Origin: Candidatus Latescibacterota bacterium
Lineage (GTDB): Bacteria; Latescibacterota; UBA2968; GCA-2709665
NCBI GenBank assembly: GCA_965116875.1
Contig: OZ220733.1
Coordinates: forward strand, 3,520,001-3,584,000
Direction: 5' to 3'
Length of the DNA: 64,000 nt
In this document: positions 1 through 11,209 of the stretch, piece after piece
Layout: every line of letters begins with the position of its first letter
Position numbering within the stretch: the stretch's first letter is position 1
Translations under genes and position numbers: made by a program
The notes under the pieces: generated by a model
Databases searched by the model: none
Told to the model about the DNA's origin: nothing
What the model saw: only the letters and a program-made list of their open reading frames with translations

Positions 1-432
1 TATCCCGAAGCGGAGGGCGATATCGAGGTGGAAATCCAGCCGGAGGATATCCGCGTGGATACCTACCGGTCCAGTGGCGCGGGCGGTCAGCACGTGAACA
101 AGACCGACTCGGCCGTGCGGATTACGCACCATCCCACAGGCATCGTGGTTCAGTGCCAGAACGAACGGTCACAGCACAAGAACCGAAACTCGGCAATGAA
201 GATCCTCAAGGCCAGGCTGTACCAGCTCTACAAGGAGGAGGAAGAGAAGGCCCGCGCGAAGCTCGAAAAGGACAAGAAGAAGATCGAGTTCGGCAGCCAG
301 GTCCGCAACTATGTTTTCCATCCCTATCAGCTCGTCAAGGACCTTCGGACGGAGCACGAAACATCCGGCGTTCAGGACGTAATGGATGGGGATCTGGACG
401 GTTTCATGCGGGCCTTTCTGGAACAGAAATGA
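1..432 (+). CDS. prfB: peptide chain release factor 2, C-terminal part (5' end outside window)
   Basis: Frame is open from base 1; [21 protein letters not shown] with the GGQ motif; RF2-type tail ([21 protein letters not shown]...VMDGDLDGF); directly upstream of lysS. Confidence 0.95.
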   Translation, partial: YPEAEGDIEVEIQPEDIRVDTYRSSGAGGQHVNKTDSAVRITHHPTGIVVQCQNERSQHKNRNSAMKILKARLYQLYKEEEEKARAKLEKDKKKIEFGSQVRNYVFHPYQLVKDLRTEHETSGVQDVMDGDLDGFMRAFLEQK

Positions 433-457
433 GAGGCCTGGTTGCGGGGCAAAGGGC

Positions 458-486
458 TTGACTTCACTTTTTGTATTGATTATACT
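458..486 (+). promoter_or_regulatory. putative sigma70 promoter for the lysS operon
   Basis: TTGACT(458-463)-17 nt-TATACT(481-486) in an AT-rich intergenic region. Confidence 0.7.
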
Positions 487-604
487 ATTTTTATTGGTTC
501 ACCCGGTCGCTGGCGGTAACGAATCAACCGGTTATTTTTTTCAGGTGTTTTAAAATTACCGGCTGGAATCTTAAGACAGCTTTCTTATGTCGGGAGGAAT
601 CCGA

Positions 605-2149
605 TTGGCTCAGGAAGGGGCGTCTTCCGCCCCGGAATCGCAACTGGTCGCCCAGCGTCTGCAGAAGCTGGACTCGATTCGTGAAATGGGCGTGGAGCCG
701 TTTCCGTATCGGTTCGAAGTGACCCATCGTTCCGGGGATATCACGGAGGCGTTTGAGACGCTGGAGGCGGACGGGCGGGACGTGTCGGTGGCGGGGCGTC
801 TCATGGCCAGAAGGGACCACGGCAAGTCGGCCTTTGCCGATCTGCTGGATGAAACGGGCCGAATTCAGATCTACGTGAGACGGGACGCGGTGGGTGAGAA
901 GGCGTTCGATCTTTGGAAATTGCTCGACATTGGAGATTTCGTAGGGATCGGTGGTCCGGTTTTCCGAACCCGAACGGGTGAGATGACGGTGAAAGCGCAC
1001 GCTTTGGAAATGCTCTCGAAAGCCGTGCGGCCGCTGCCGGTACCCAAGGAAGAGGTGAAAGACGGTCAGCGGGTTGTCCACGACGCCTTTACCGACCCCG
1101 AACTCCGATACCGGCGCCGATACCTTGACCTGACGCTGAACCCGGAAGTGAAGGACGTGTTTCGCAAGCGGACGGCGACTTTTTCCGCCATTCGCGATTT
1201 TTTTAACGCCCGGGGATTTCTGGAGGCCGACACGCCGGTGTTGCAGCCGCTCTATGGCGGCGCTTCAGCCCGGCCCTTTACCACCCATCACAACGCGCTG
1301 GATATGAAGCTCTATCTGCGGATCTCGAATGAGCTGTATCTGAAGCGTCTGATTGTGGGCGGGTTCGAAAAGGTCTACGAATTCAGCAGGGATTTCCGAA
1401 ACGAAGGAATCGACCGCACGCACAATCCCGAATTCACCATGCTGGAGGCCTATCAGGCATACGCCGACTATACCGACATGATGGAACTGACCGAGTCGCT
1501 GTTCGCCTCGGTCGCCGAATCGGTTACGGGGGCCAGCACGGTTGTCTATCAGGGGACGGAGATCGATCTTGGTCCGCCCTGGCGGCGGTTGACGCTTCTG
1601 GATGCCATAGAGGCTTACGGCGGCTTCAACGTCGCCGGCGCTTCCGTGGAAAAACTGAGAGAAATCTGCCGGCAACTGGATCTCGAGGTGGACGGCAGCG
1701 CGCGGCGCGGGCATCTGATGGATGAGATATTCGAGGCGGTCGTACAGCCCCACCTGATTCAACCCACGTTCATAACGGATTACCCCGTGGAGATGTCGCC
1801 ACTGGCCAAGCGGCACCGGGACAGCCCGAAACTCACGGAAAGGTTCGAGCCGTTCATCTGCGGATGGGAGGCGGCAAACGCATTTTCCGAACTCAACGAC
1901 CCCATCGATCAGCGGGAACGCTTCGAATACCAGGCCTCCCTTAGAGAGAGCGGAGATGAAGAAGCGCAGGTCCTTGATGCCGATTTTCTGCGGGCTATGG
2001 AGTATGGCATGCCGCCAACGGGCGGGATGGGGTTCGGAGTGGACAGGCTTGTGATGCTGCTGACGGACGCGCGTTCGATCCGGGACGTCATTCTCTTTCC
2101 GCATATGAGGCCCGAGGAGGGCCGCCCGGAGACAGCCGGCGATGCGTAG
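605..2149 (+). CDS. lysS: lysine--tRNA ligase (class II)
   Basis: OB-fold N-terminus, YRRRYLDL, YGGASARPF, FRNEGID..HNPEFT, YGMPPTGGMGFGVDRLVMLLT; TTG 605 follows GGGAGG (alternative ATG 587). Confidence 0.97.
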   Translation: MAQEGASSAPESQLVAQRLQKLDSIREMGVEPFPYRFEVTHRSGDITEAFETLEADGRDVSVAGRLMARRDHGKSAFADLLDETGRIQIYVRRDAVGEKAFDLWKLLDIGDFVGIGGPVFRTRTGEMTVKAHALEMLSKAVRPLPVPKEEVKDGQRVVHDAFTDPELRYRRRYLDLTLNPEVKDVFRKRTATFSAIRDFFNARGFLEADTPVLQPLYGGASARPFTTHHNALDMKLYLRISNELYLKRLIVGGFEKVYEFSRDFRNEGIDRTHNPEFTMLEAYQAYADYTDMMELTESLFASVAESVTGASTVVYQGTEIDLGPPWRRLTLLDAIEAYGGFNVAGASVEKLREICRQLDLEVDGSARRGHLMDEIFEAVVQPHLIQPTFITDYPVEMSPLAKRHRDSPKLTERFEPFICGWEAANAFSELNDPIDQRERFEYQASLRESGDEEAQVLDADFLRAMEYGMPPTGGMGFGVDRLVMLLTDARSIRDVILFPHMRPEEGRPETAGDA

Positions 2150-2831
2150 CCTGCTCGAGGCTGCGGATCTGGTCAAGCGGTACCGCGTCGGCGGTTCCGA
2201 AATACAGGTGCTCAAAGGCGTTGCCCTTTCCGTTGCGCACGGCGAGGTGGTTGCGGTGGTTGGCCCTTCCGGCGTGGGAAAGAGCACCCTTCTGCACATA
2301 CTGGGCGGGCTGGATCGCCCTACCGGCGGAACGGTTCGAGTCGACGGCAACGACGTCTTCGCGCTTTCGGATACGGAGCGGGCGCGGTTCAGGAACGAAT
2401 CGGTTGGCTTTGTCTTTCAGTTTCACCATTTGCTCAATGATTTTACCGCGGAAGAAAATGTGATGTTGCCCCTCATGATTCAGGGGCGTCCCGTTTCCGA
2501 GGCGCAGGCTGCCGCCGGGGAACTGCTGAATGCGGTGGGGCTCTTCCAGCGCCGGGCTCATCTGCCCTCGGAATTGTCGGGCGGAGAATCCCAGCGCGTT
2601 GCGGTTGCCAGGGCGCTCGTCGGTCGGCCGAGGCTGGTTCTGGCGGACGAACCTTCCGGCAACCTGGACGCGGAACACAGCCGGGAGTTGCACGATCTGA
2701 TCTGGAGACTCGCGGGCAGCCTGAAACAGACGTTCGTCATCGCCACGCACGATCAGGCGCTGGCCGCACGGGCGGATCGGGTTGTACGGATGGAAGACGG
2801 AAGAATCGTCCGCGACGTACGCCGCGGCTGA
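2142..2831 (+). CDS. lolD: LolD-like ABC transporter ATP-binding protein
   Basis: Walker A GPSGVGKST, GFVFQFHHLL, LSGGESQR, LADEPSGNLD; overlaps the lysS stop. Confidence 0.85.
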   Translation: MRSLLEAADLVKRYRVGGSEIQVLKGVALSVAHGEVVAVVGPSGVGKSTLLHILGGLDRPTGGTVRVDGNDVFALSDTERARFRNESVGFVFQFHHLLNDFTAEENVMLPLMIQGRPVSEAQAAAGELLNAVGLFQRRAHLPSELSGGESQRVAVARALVGRPRLVLADEPSGNLDAEHSRELHDLIWRLAGSLKQTFVIATHDQALAARADRVVRMEDGRIVRDVRRG

Positions 2832-2923
2832 CGCCCGGCCCGGCGGTTGGAATGTGAAGCCCTGGCGGGCAGCTGAGCGATGGCTTGCCGGCCGGGCGAG
2901 AAGGACCAGAGGAGATACGTCTT

Positions 2924-5389
2924 ATGAACAGCAGGTTCTCGGATCGGGTGAAGCGGGTGATGCGGCTGGTCCGTGAGGAGGCGGCCCGGCTCGGCAACAA
3001 CCATATCAGCAGCGAGCACCTCTTGCTCGGTATCATCCGGGAGGGAAAGGGTTCGGCCGTCAACGTGATGTTGAATCTGGGGTTGAACCTGGACAAGATC
3101 AAACAGTCGATCGACGACTACGTCGCGTATTCCGGCGGGTCGATGACGATGGGAGACGTGCCTTTCACGCCACGGGCAAAGCAGATTCTGGAAATAGCGG
3201 CCTCCGAAGCCAAAGAGATGAAGAGCCAATATGTGCGGACCTGCCATCTGCTGGTGGCGCTGGTTAAGGACAAGGAGACGATCGCCGCGCAGATTCTCGT
3301 GGGGTTTGGGGTCGACTACAAGACCGTGAAGGAGGAGGTGATTGCTGTTTTGCAAGGGAAACCGACGGGCAAACGGGAAAAGAAGAAAAGCAAGACCCCC
3401 TATCTGGATCACTTCGGCCGTGACCTGACGGAATTGGCGCGCGGGGGCAAGCTCGACCCGGTGATTGGCAGGGAGCGGGAGATTGAACGGGTATCCCAGG
3501 TGCTCAGCCGGCGGAAGAAGAACAACCCGGTACTGATCGGCGAACCCGGTGTGGGGAAAACAGCGATCGTCGAAGGACTCGCGCAGCGCATCGTGGAGCG
3601 GCGGGTGCCGCAGTTGCTGGCAGACAAGCGCATGGTCACGCTGGATATGGGCGGCATGGTCGCGGGCACCAAATACCGCGGTCAGTTTGAGGAGCGCATC
3701 AAGGCGGTCATGAACGAACTCCAGCAAAGCCAGGACGTCATCATTTTCATCGACGAACTGCACACGATCGTGGGCGCCGGTAGCGCCGAGGGAACGCTCG
3801 ACGCCTCCAATATGTTCAAGCCGGCGTTTTCGAGGGGCGAACTTCAGTGCATCGGCGCGACAACGCTTGACGAATACCGCAAATACATCGAAAAAGACGG
3901 CGCGCTGGAACGGCGTTTTCAGACCATACTGGTGGATTCGCCGTCGGTCGACGACGCAATAGATATCCTGAAGGGACTGAAGGAGAAATTCGAGGCCCAC
4001 CATCTGGTCACCTATACAGAGGCCGCCGTCGACAGCGCCGTCCGCATGGCAGACCGGTATATCAGCGAACGGCACCTGCCGGACAAGGCAATAGACGTGA
4101 TCGACGAAACGGGTTCCCGCGTCCGCCTGGGCCGGCTGAATCCGCCTGAGGAAATCAAGACGCTCGAACTCGAAATAGAGGAAATCACGCGGAAGAAGAA
4201 TGCGGCCGCAAACAGCCAGCAGTTCGAGGAAGCGGCCAAGCTCAGAGACCAGGAACGGAAGCTGAAGGAACAGGTCGACGAAATGCGTCAGGAGTGGGAG
4301 CAGAAGGTCCGTGACGAAGTGGTGGAGGTGACCGAGCAGGATATCGCGGAAGTGGTCTCCAGCATGACGGGTATTCCGGCGTTCCGGCTTGCGCAGGAGG
4401 AATCTGAGAAGCTGCTCCGCATGGGCGAGAAGGTGAAGGACCGCGTGGTCGGCCAGGACGATGCGGTCGACACGGTCTGTCGCTCCATACGCCGAACGCG
4501 GGCGGGATTGAAAGACCCCAATCGTCCCATTGGAACGTTTCTGTTTCTGGGCCCCACCGGCGTGGGCAAGACCTATCTGGCGCGGGCGCTGGCCGGGTAC
4601 CTTTTCGATGACGAGGATGCGCTCATCACGGTGGACATGTCGGAGTACATGGAAAAGTTCGCGGTTTCCAGGCTCGTCGGCGCGCCGCCCGGATACGTGG
4701 GTTACGACGAGGGGGGCCAGCTAACCGAAAAGGTGCGCAGGAAGCCCTATTCGGTGGTTCTGCTCGATGAGATTGAAAAAGCCCATCCGGACGTGTTCAA
4801 CCTGCTTTTGCAGGTTCTGGACGAGGGTCGTCTGACCGACAGTTTCGGCCGGAAAGTCAGTTTCAAGAATACCATATTGATCATGACTTCCAACCTGGGC
4901 ACGCGCGACCTGGCGAAGGCCGGAGGGCTCGGCTTCAACCGGTCCGACAAGAAGAGCATTCGCGAAAAAATGGTGGAGCGCGTCGAGGAGGAACTGAAGA
5001 AGACGTTCAATCCCGAGTTCCTGAACAGGCTGGACGAGACGGTGGTCTTCAATCCCCTCGAACGGAAGGAGATTATCCGGATTGTCGATCTCGAGATTGC
5101 CGAAATATGCGATCGACTCAAAGAGCGGGATATCTCGATCAGTCTGACGCCGGGCGCCAAGGCGCTTCTGGCGGAAAAGGGATACGACCCCACGTACGGC
5201 GCGCGTCAGCTGAAGCGCACCATACAGAAACTGGTGGAAGATCCAATGGCGGAAGAGATTCTGCAGGGCAAATACACCGCCGGGAGCGAAGTGCGCATCA
5301 GCAAGAAGGGTGACGGTCTCCAATTCGTGGATGCCAATGCGGTTGCCGCAGCCGAACAGGAAGTGGTGAACCGTGTTTCGGAGGAATGA
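2924..5389 (+). CDS. clpC: ATP-dependent Clp protease ATP-binding subunit ClpC
   Basis: Clp N repeats, two AAA modules ([16 protein letters not shown]), UVR-like coiled coil, [13 protein letters not shown] ClpP-docking loop; ATG 2924 follows GAGGAG. Confidence 0.95.
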   Translation: MNSRFSDRVKRVMRLVREEAARLGNNHISSEHLLLGIIREGKGSAVNVMLNLGLNLDKIKQSIDDYVAYSGGSMTMGDVPFTPRAKQILEIAASEAKEMKSQYVRTCHLLVALVKDKETIAAQILVGFGVDYKTVKEEVIAVLQGKPTGKREKKKSKTPYLDHFGRDLTELARGGKLDPVIGREREIERVSQVLSRRKKNNPVLIGEPGVGKTAIVEGLAQRIVERRVPQLLADKRMVTLDMGGMVAGTKYRGQFEERIKAVMNELQQSQDVIIFIDELHTIVGAGSAEGTLDASNMFKPAFSRGELQCIGATTLDEYRKYIEKDGALERRFQTILVDSPSVDDAIDILKGLKEKFEAHHLVTYTEAAVDSAVRMADRYISERHLPDKAIDVIDETGSRVRLGRLNPPEEIKTLELEIEEITRKKNAAANSQQFEEAAKLRDQERKLKEQVDEMRQEWEQKVRDEVVEVTEQDIAEVVSSMTGIPAFRLAQEESEKLLRMGEKVKDRVVGQDDAVDTVCRSIRRTRAGLKDPNRPIGTFLFLGPTGVGKTYLARALAGYLFDDEDALITVDMSEYMEKFAVSRLVGAPPGYVGYDEGGQLTEKVRRKPYSVVLLDEIEKAHPDVFNLLLQVLDEGRLTDSFGRKVSFKNTILIMTSNLGTRDLAKAGGLGFNRSDKKSIREKMVERVEEELKKTFNPEFLNRLDETVVFNPLERKEIIRIVDLEIAEICDRLKERDISISLTPGAKALLAEKGYDPTYGARQLKRTIQKLVEDPMAEEILQGKYTAGSEVRISKKGDGLQFVDANAVAAAEQEVVNRVSEE

Positions 5390-5563
5390 AACAGCGCCAG
5401 GCGCGCGGGCGGTCTGTCGGTTTTTGCCCTCGATGCACTGCGATGATGACCAGTTGGGCCCGGACGTACGGCCGGGCCCAATTTTGTCGTACAGGGGATA
5501 GCAGGAACTTTTGTTGTTACGGAGCGTTTGTTCGATTGTGACGGTTGATTTCATCCTGGGATT

Positions 5564-5635
5564 TTTCGTACTTTCGTATTCTCGTCTTTTCGTCTTCTCG
5601 CAGTCTCGTAGTTTCGTATTCTCGTAGTCTCGCTC
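5564..5635. repeat. degenerate 8-bp tandem repeat (TYTCGYNN x9)
   Basis: tttcgtac tttcgtat tctcgtct tttcgtct tctcgcag tctcgtag tttcgtat tctcgtag tctcgctc, ending just before the bamA start. Confidence 0.85.
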
Positions 5636-5644
5636 TTCACACGG

Positions 5645-7959
5645 GTGTCGCGGAGGCGAAAAGCTTTGTTGCGAATCTTTTTCGGATGCTTTCTGTTGCT
5701 GTTGAACTTCGCGTCTCCCCGGACGGCGAAGGCGCAGGAGGCGCCCCTCATTACCGAGATCAGAGTCTCCGGAAACCGGATCACCGAAGCGTCGCTGATC
5801 AGGTTCTCCTCCGGACTGGCGGAAGGACAACGCCTAATCCTTCCGGACGATCCGCCGCGCGTCATCCGCAATCTCCATCGATTGAACATCTTTTCGGATA
5901 TCCAGGTCTTCCTCGATTCGGACGTGGACGAAGGGTGGCCGTTCTGATTGTCGTAAAAGAATATCCCAAGCTGGACGACGTACTTTTCGAGGGCAACAAG
6001 GGGATCAAATCCAAGAAACTGAAGAAGACGCTGGCTTTCGTAGAGAAACAATGGCTGTCGCCGCACGAAGTCAGGCGCGCGGAAAACAAGATCGTGGACC
6101 TGTACAAGGAAGAGGGATACCTCCTGGCCGGCGTCAAGGGGACGCAGGGCGACCCGAATGAAGAGGGTCAGGTCAGCCTCACGTTCAAAGTCAGCGAGGG
6201 GCGGAAGGTAAAGCTGCGCCGGATCCAGTTCTTCGGAAATCAGTCATTCGAAGGCAAAAAGCTTCGAAAGGCGATGAAGGAGACCAAGCAGGTCGGGGGC
6301 ATACTGCGCCGGAATCAGTTTGCGGAAGATACCTATCAGGAAGACAAGCAGGCGCTGCTGGCGTTTTACCAGGCGAACGGGTATCGGAACGCGGAGATTC
6401 TTCGCGACAGCCTGTATTACGACGATGCGAAGGCGAATCTGTTTATCGATCTGTACCTGGAAGAAGGGCCCCTTTACACCTTCGGCAAGATTACCTGGGA
6501 GGGAAACGAGCGCGTCAAGGACGCGGGGATCGAGAGGATGATCGTCGCCAGGGCAGGGGAGGTCTACAGCGCCGAACTCAAGAACAAATCCCACGAGGAA
6601 ATCCAGAATCTGTACAGCGATATCGGCTATATCACGGCTTCGGTGGCGGTCCAGGAACGACTGGCCGAGACGCCGCATACGATCAACGTGCACTTCGACA
6701 TCGTGGAGAACAAGCCGTGGAAGATCCGGCAGATTACCATTTCGGGCAATACCAAGACGAAGGACAGGGTGATCCGAAGGGAGCTCTGGATACGGCCGGG
6801 TCAGACCTTTCGAAGGTCGGGCATCGAACGCAGCGTCAGGAACATTCAACAGCTGAACTATTTCAGCAACGTGGCGCCGGAACTGAAACCCGTAGAGGAG
6901 GCGTCCGAACTCGACGTGATCTTTGCTGTTGAGGAGAAGTCCACCGGCACGGCGTCCGTAGGCGCGGGCTACAGTCAGTACGACGGCCTGCTTGGAACCA
7001 TCGCGTTACAGGTTCCTAACTTTATGGGCAACGGACAGCAACTGGAATTTCAGCTGGAGTTCGGAGACAGGCGCCAGTCCTTCAGGGCCGGGTTTACGGA
7101 GCCCTGGTTTCTAAACACGCCAACGAGTCTGCAGGGCTTGATCTTCAGGACCAACCGCCGGTATTACAGCGGCTTCGACGAACGCAGGCAGGGCGCCCTG
7201 GCCAGCGTTGGGCGCCGTCTGGTCTGGCCCGACTTCTCCAGGGTCTCCGTTGGGTACCGCATCGAGCAGGTTGAATTCCGGAATTTCGCCGAGGATTTCG
7301 ACGAGGCCGCGGAGACTTCCTTTCGCGACAATGTGACCAGCAGCGTCAATTTTAACTTTACGCGCAACAGCCGGGATCTGCCGGTCTTTCCAACCAGCGG
7401 CTCCGTGTTTTCCTACTCGCCCACGTTTGCCGGCGGCCCCCTGGGCGGCAATACGGATTTCTTCAAGCACGACGTCATAACCAGTTTCTATTTTCCGGTT
7501 GCATGGCGGGTTGCGCTGAATCTGAAGACGACCCTCGGCCTCGTGAAGCCGTATAACAATTCCCAGGTGCCGTTCAACGAGCGCTACGTTCCGGGAGGCG
7601 TGAACATATTCGAGGGCACCATGGTGCGCGGGTACCCCGAGCAATCGCTGGGGCCGCGCATCAACGGCGTTCCGGACGGCGGAAACTCGCAGCTGCTCTT
7701 CAATCTGGAATTCACGCTACCCATTGTGCGGCAGCAGTTTTACGCCCTTGCCTTTGCGGACGCCGGCAATGCGTGGGACGGTGTCTCCGAAGCGAGTATT
7801 TTCGATTTGAGGCGGTCGGTTGGCGTTGGGTTTCGCATGATCGCTCCGGTCGTGGGCATTATGGGATTTGACTTTGCGTGGGGTTTCGACAGGCGGCGCG
7901 TTGACGGCCAGCAACCGCAGATGGTAACCCATTTCCAGTTCGGTCCGCAGTTCTTTTAA
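5645..7959 (+). CDS. bamA: outer membrane protein assembly factor BamA, with a 1-nt frameshift near 5935
   Basis: ORF 5645-5947 gives the signal peptide plus POTRA1 (ITEIRVSGN); the other frame continues with VAVLIVVKEYP, further POTRA domains, VRGY and a barrel ending in QFF. Confidence 0.93.
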
Positions 7960-8177
7960 CCTCAATTCGTAAAAAGACATCAGTCAAATTGGCCACAAAA
8001 AGCACAAAAGGCACAGAAGGTACCGGTGCAAAACGGTGTATTGTGGTCGTTCGGAAGGACATTTTTTCCGTTCACGTACAGTGACTTGGTTTATCATTGT
8101 AATCCGCCTTTTAATCGCCTTTATTAACCAGCACTTATTCGAATTAACGTCCACGAAAACTCACGAATCAAGGTTAA
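7956..8177. mobile_element. MITE family A, copy 1 (TTAA-flanked, TIR CCTYRATTCG)
   Basis: TTAA-CCTCAATTCG...CGAATCAAGG-TTAA; internal sequence shared with other copies in the window. Confidence 0.8.
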
Positions 8178-8197
8178 ACGTTGGGGGGAGATTCAAA

Positions 8198-8770
8198 ATG
8201 AACTTCAGAACTTTCTACCTGGTTTCGGTGTGCGGCCTGATGGCGTGCCTTGTCGCGGCGTCCACCGCGCGAGCGCAGGCGAAGATCGCCTTTTTTGATC
8301 CGAACGAGATTCGAACCAAGTACAAGCCGTTCCAGGAGGCAGAGAGAGAGTACAACCAGTACGAAGGAGAACTGCAGAAGGAGCTCAAAAAACTCGAGAG
8401 CGAGTTGAGGAAGAAGCAGACCACCTTCGAGCGGCAGAAGGTGATGTACATGGAGAATCGCAGGCGGGAAGAGGAGCAGGCCCTGAAGAGGCAGGAGGAG
8501 GAGTTGCAGCGGTTTCTTGCCCAGATTACCGATCCCGAGCGGGGTAAACTCGCGCTCAAGCAGCAGGAACTGCTCACGCCGCTGCTGAAACGCGTCAACG
8601 AGGTGATTAACCGGGTGGCCAGGGAGGAGGGGTACGACTTCGTTCTGAACGCGGCCTCCGTGGTCTATTTCAACGAAGAATACAACCTGACCGAGAAGGT
8701 ACTGGAAGAATTGAATAAAGACCTGGAGGCCGGAGACGAAAAGAGGGCCAGGCCGGGCCCGATTCGCTAG
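8198..8770 (+). CDS. skp: OmpH/Skp periplasmic chaperone
   Basis: Signal peptide, KIAFFD, long coiled coil, [18 protein letters not shown]; follows bamA. Confidence 0.9.
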   Translation: MNFRTFYLVSVCGLMACLVAASTARAQAKIAFFDPNEIRTKYKPFQEAEREYNQYEGELQKELKKLESELRKKQTTFERQKVMYMENRRREEEQALKRQEEELQRFLAQITDPERGKLALKQQELLTPLLKRVNEVINRVAREEGYDFVLNAASVVYFNEEYNLTEKVLEELNKDLEAGDEKRARPGPIR

Positions 8771-8780
8771 CGGCCAGGAG

Positions 8781-9230
8781 TTGACAGGAGAGCCGGCTGT
8801 GCTGGACGTCGAAGCAATTCAGAAAATCCTGCCGCATCGATACCCGTTCCTCCTGGTGGACCGGGTTCTGGAGTTGGAGCCGGAACGCAGGGTGGTGGGG
8901 CTGAAGAACGTTTCCGCCAACGAGCCCTTCTTCGCCGGCCACTTCCCTGGGCGTCCCGTAATGCCGGGTGTGTTGATCGTGGAAGCGCTTGCGCAGACCG
9001 CGGCCGTTCTGATGGGCGACGAGTCCGGAATGATCCCGATGTTCATGGGTATCGACAAAGCCCGGTTCAGAAGTCCAGTAACGCCGGGGGATCAGTTGCG
9101 GCTCGAGGTGGAGGTGTTGAGAAGAAGGCGCAACATATGCCGCGTTGCCGGCAGGGCGTTCGTGGGCGACAACGTCGTCGCGGAAGCGGAGATGATGGCC
9201 GCGCTTGTCCCGGCGGACAGCGTGACCTGA
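8781..9230 (+). CDS. fabZ: 3-hydroxyacyl-ACP dehydratase FabZ
   Basis: [36 protein letters not shown] (alternative start GTG 8799). Confidence 0.96.
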   Translation: MTGEPAVLDVEAIQKILPHRYPFLLVDRVLELEPERRVVGLKNVSANEPFFAGHFPGRPVMPGVLIVEALAQTAAVLMGDESGMIPMFMGIDKARFRSPVTPGDQLRLEVEVLRRRRNICRVAGRAFVGDNVVAEAEMMAALVPADSVT

Positions 9231-9262
9231 GAAAACCGAAGCGAATACCACTTCAAGATCGT

Positions 9263-9292
9263 GAACCGGCGGCTCATTCGAGCCGCCGGTTC
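9263..9292. terminator. hairpin between convergent fabZ and aapP
   Basis: Perfect 13-bp stem GAACCGGCGGCTC/GAGCCGCCGGTTC with a 4-nt loop; no clear U-tract. Confidence 0.6.
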
Positions 9293-9295
9293 TGT

Positions 9296-10075
9296 CTATT
9301 GAGACAGAATCTGGCTGAGGAACAGCCGGGTCCGGTCATTCTGTGGATTGTCGAAAAACGCGTCCGGATTATTCTCTTCGACAATTCGCCCCTCGTCCAT
9401 GAAGATAACGCGATTGGCAACCGTTTTCGCGAACCCCATTTCGTGCGTGACCACCAGCATCGTCATGCCGCTTTGTGCGAGCTCAACCATAACGTCAAGC
9501 ACTTCCTTGATCATCTCCGGGTCCAGCGCTGACGTCGGTTCGTCAAAAAGCATGATCTTCGGGTTCATGCACAAACTGCGGGCGATTGCGACGCGTTGCT
9601 GTTGACCGCCCGACAGTTGACCCGGATACTTCGATGCCTGTTCCGGGATTCGTACCCGCTTCAGATACCGCATTGCGATTTCTTCAGCTTCCTGTTTCGG
9701 CAGCTTTCTCGCCCAGATTGGCGCCAGCGTGCAGTTTTCCAGGACCGTCAGGTGAGGAAACAGATTGAACTGCTGGAACACCATGCCAACTTCCCGCCGG
9801 ATGTCCGCGATATTCTTCAGATTGTCGGTCAGCGATATGCCATCAACCGTGATGTGCCCGCGCTGATGTTCCTCCAGGTGGTTGATACAGCGGATCAGCG
9901 TTGATTTGCCGGAACCCGAGGGACCGCAAATGACGATTATTTCGCCGCGCTCTACGGTGAGATTGACGTCGTTCAGGACGTGGAACTTGCCGAACCACTT
10001 GTGCATGCCTGTAATTTCGATCGCAATCCCGTCATCGGGTTCGCTGACGGCCGGGTCTGTGGTGTCATCAGTCAT
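9296..10075 (-). CDS. aapP: amino acid ABC transporter ATP-binding protein
   Basis: [37 protein letters not shown]. Confidence 0.9.
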   Translation of the reverse strand: MTDDTTDPAVSEPDDGIAIEITGMHKWFGKFHVLNDVNLTVERGEIIVICGPSGSGKSTLIRCINHLEEHQRGHITVDGISLTDNLKNIADIRREVGMVFQQFNLFPHLTVLENCTLAPIWARKLPKQEAEEIAMRYLKRVRIPEQASKYPGQLSGGQQQRVAIARSLCMNPKIMLFDEPTSALDPEMIKEVLDVMVELAQSGMTMLVVTHEMGFAKTVANRVIFMDEGRIVEENNPDAFFDNPQNDRTRLFLSQILSQ

Positions 10076-10086
10076 TCGAGAATCCT

Positions 10087-11205
10087 CTATTCGTTCTTGT
10101 GGCCGGTATCCAGCTTTCGTTCAAGGTAGAGCGAATATCGCGACATGGCAAAGCACGATACGAAGAAACCCATCGCAACGAAGATGTACAGTTCAGTCGA
10201 TAATCCCTGCCATTTCGAGTCGGCAAGCGCTGCACGGCCGATTCCAAGAGGATCGAGGAGGCCGACGACGATGACCAGGGTCGTATCTTTATACAGTCCG
10301 ATAAAGGTATTCACGATACCGGGAATGGATATTTTCAACGCTTGCGGCAATATGATCAACCGGATGCTCTTTGCATAATTCAGACCCAGCGCATCGGCCG
10401 CTTCGAACTGTCCCTGCGGAATTGACGCCAGACCGCCACGAATGACTTCGGCGATGTATGCCGCCGAAAAAATGATCACGATAATGATGACGCGAAGTAA
10501 CATATCGAAGTATGTACCAGGCGGCATGAAATAGTTCAAGAGCGTTGAGGCGACGAACAGCAATGTGATCAGCGGAACGCCGCGTATGAATTCGATGTAC
10601 CAGATGCTGAGCGTCCGGACAACCGGCATTGACGAAAAACGACCCAGCGCCAGGGCAATGCCGAGTGGGAGAGAAACGGAGATTCCAGTCACGCCGATCA
10701 GCATTGTCAGCAGGAAACCGCCGAATCTGGATGACTCGACGTGTTCCAGCCCAAACCACCCGCCCCATAGCATGCAGAACGCGAAGACCGGATAGACGAA
10801 TGTAAACCAGAGCCAATATTTCCGCCCTCTGACGCGGTCGTACAGCAGCGGAATCACGGCGACGAAAAGCAACACGAACGTCAGGTTGACTCGCCAGCGC
10901 AATTGCTCCGGATAGAATCCGTATATAAACTGATCGAATCGTATCCGCACAACGGACCAGCAGGCGCCCCCGGCGATCTCCCGGCATTCTCTGCGGTGTG
11001 CGACTTCCGCAAATACCGCGTCGAAGAACATCCAGTTGGCAATGGGCGGGATGATCTCGTACAACAGATAGACCGACAACGCCGTCAGTACGATATCGAT
11101 CGGGCTTGAAAACAGATTCCTGCGAATCCAGCCGGCGACGCCAACCTGGGTCCTCGGCGGAGGCAGTTCCTGATGCATCTCCTGCCCGGGTGAACGCTCG
11201 GTCAT
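10087..11205 (-). CDS. aapM: amino acid ABC transporter permease (AapM-like)
   Basis: [31 protein letters not shown]. Confidence 0.88.
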   Translation of the reverse strand: MTERSPGQEMHQELPPPRTQVGVAGWIRRNLFSSPIDIVLTALSVYLLYEIIPPIANWMFFDAVFAEVAHRRECREIAGGACWSVVRIRFDQFIYGFYPEQLRWRVNLTFVLLFVAVIPLLYDRVRGRKYWLWFTFVYPVFAFCMLWGGWFGLEHVESSRFGGFLLTMLIGVTGISVSLPLGIALALGRFSSMPVVRTLSIWYIEFIRGVPLITLLFVASTLLNYFMPPGTYFDMLLRVIIIVIIFSAAYIAEVIRGGLASIPQGQFEAADALGLNYAKSIRLIILPQALKISIPGIVNTFIGLYKDTTLVIVVGLLDPLGIGRAALADSKWQGLSTELYIFVAMGFFVSCFAMSRYSLYLERKLDTGHKNE

Positions 11206-11209
11206 CCGT

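Noticed and set aside
1-432. prfB programmed +1 frameshift
   Set aside because: That site lies near the 5' end of the gene, outside this window.
487-600. T-box or lysine riboswitch in the lysS leader
   Set aside because: The leader is too short and lacks the conserved motifs; only a weak ACCGG pairing and a T-run are present.
5545-5935. N-terminal 130 aa of the 804-aa ORF as the true BamA start
   Set aside because: It translates the 8-bp repeat and has no signal peptide; the real N-terminus is in the 5645 frame.
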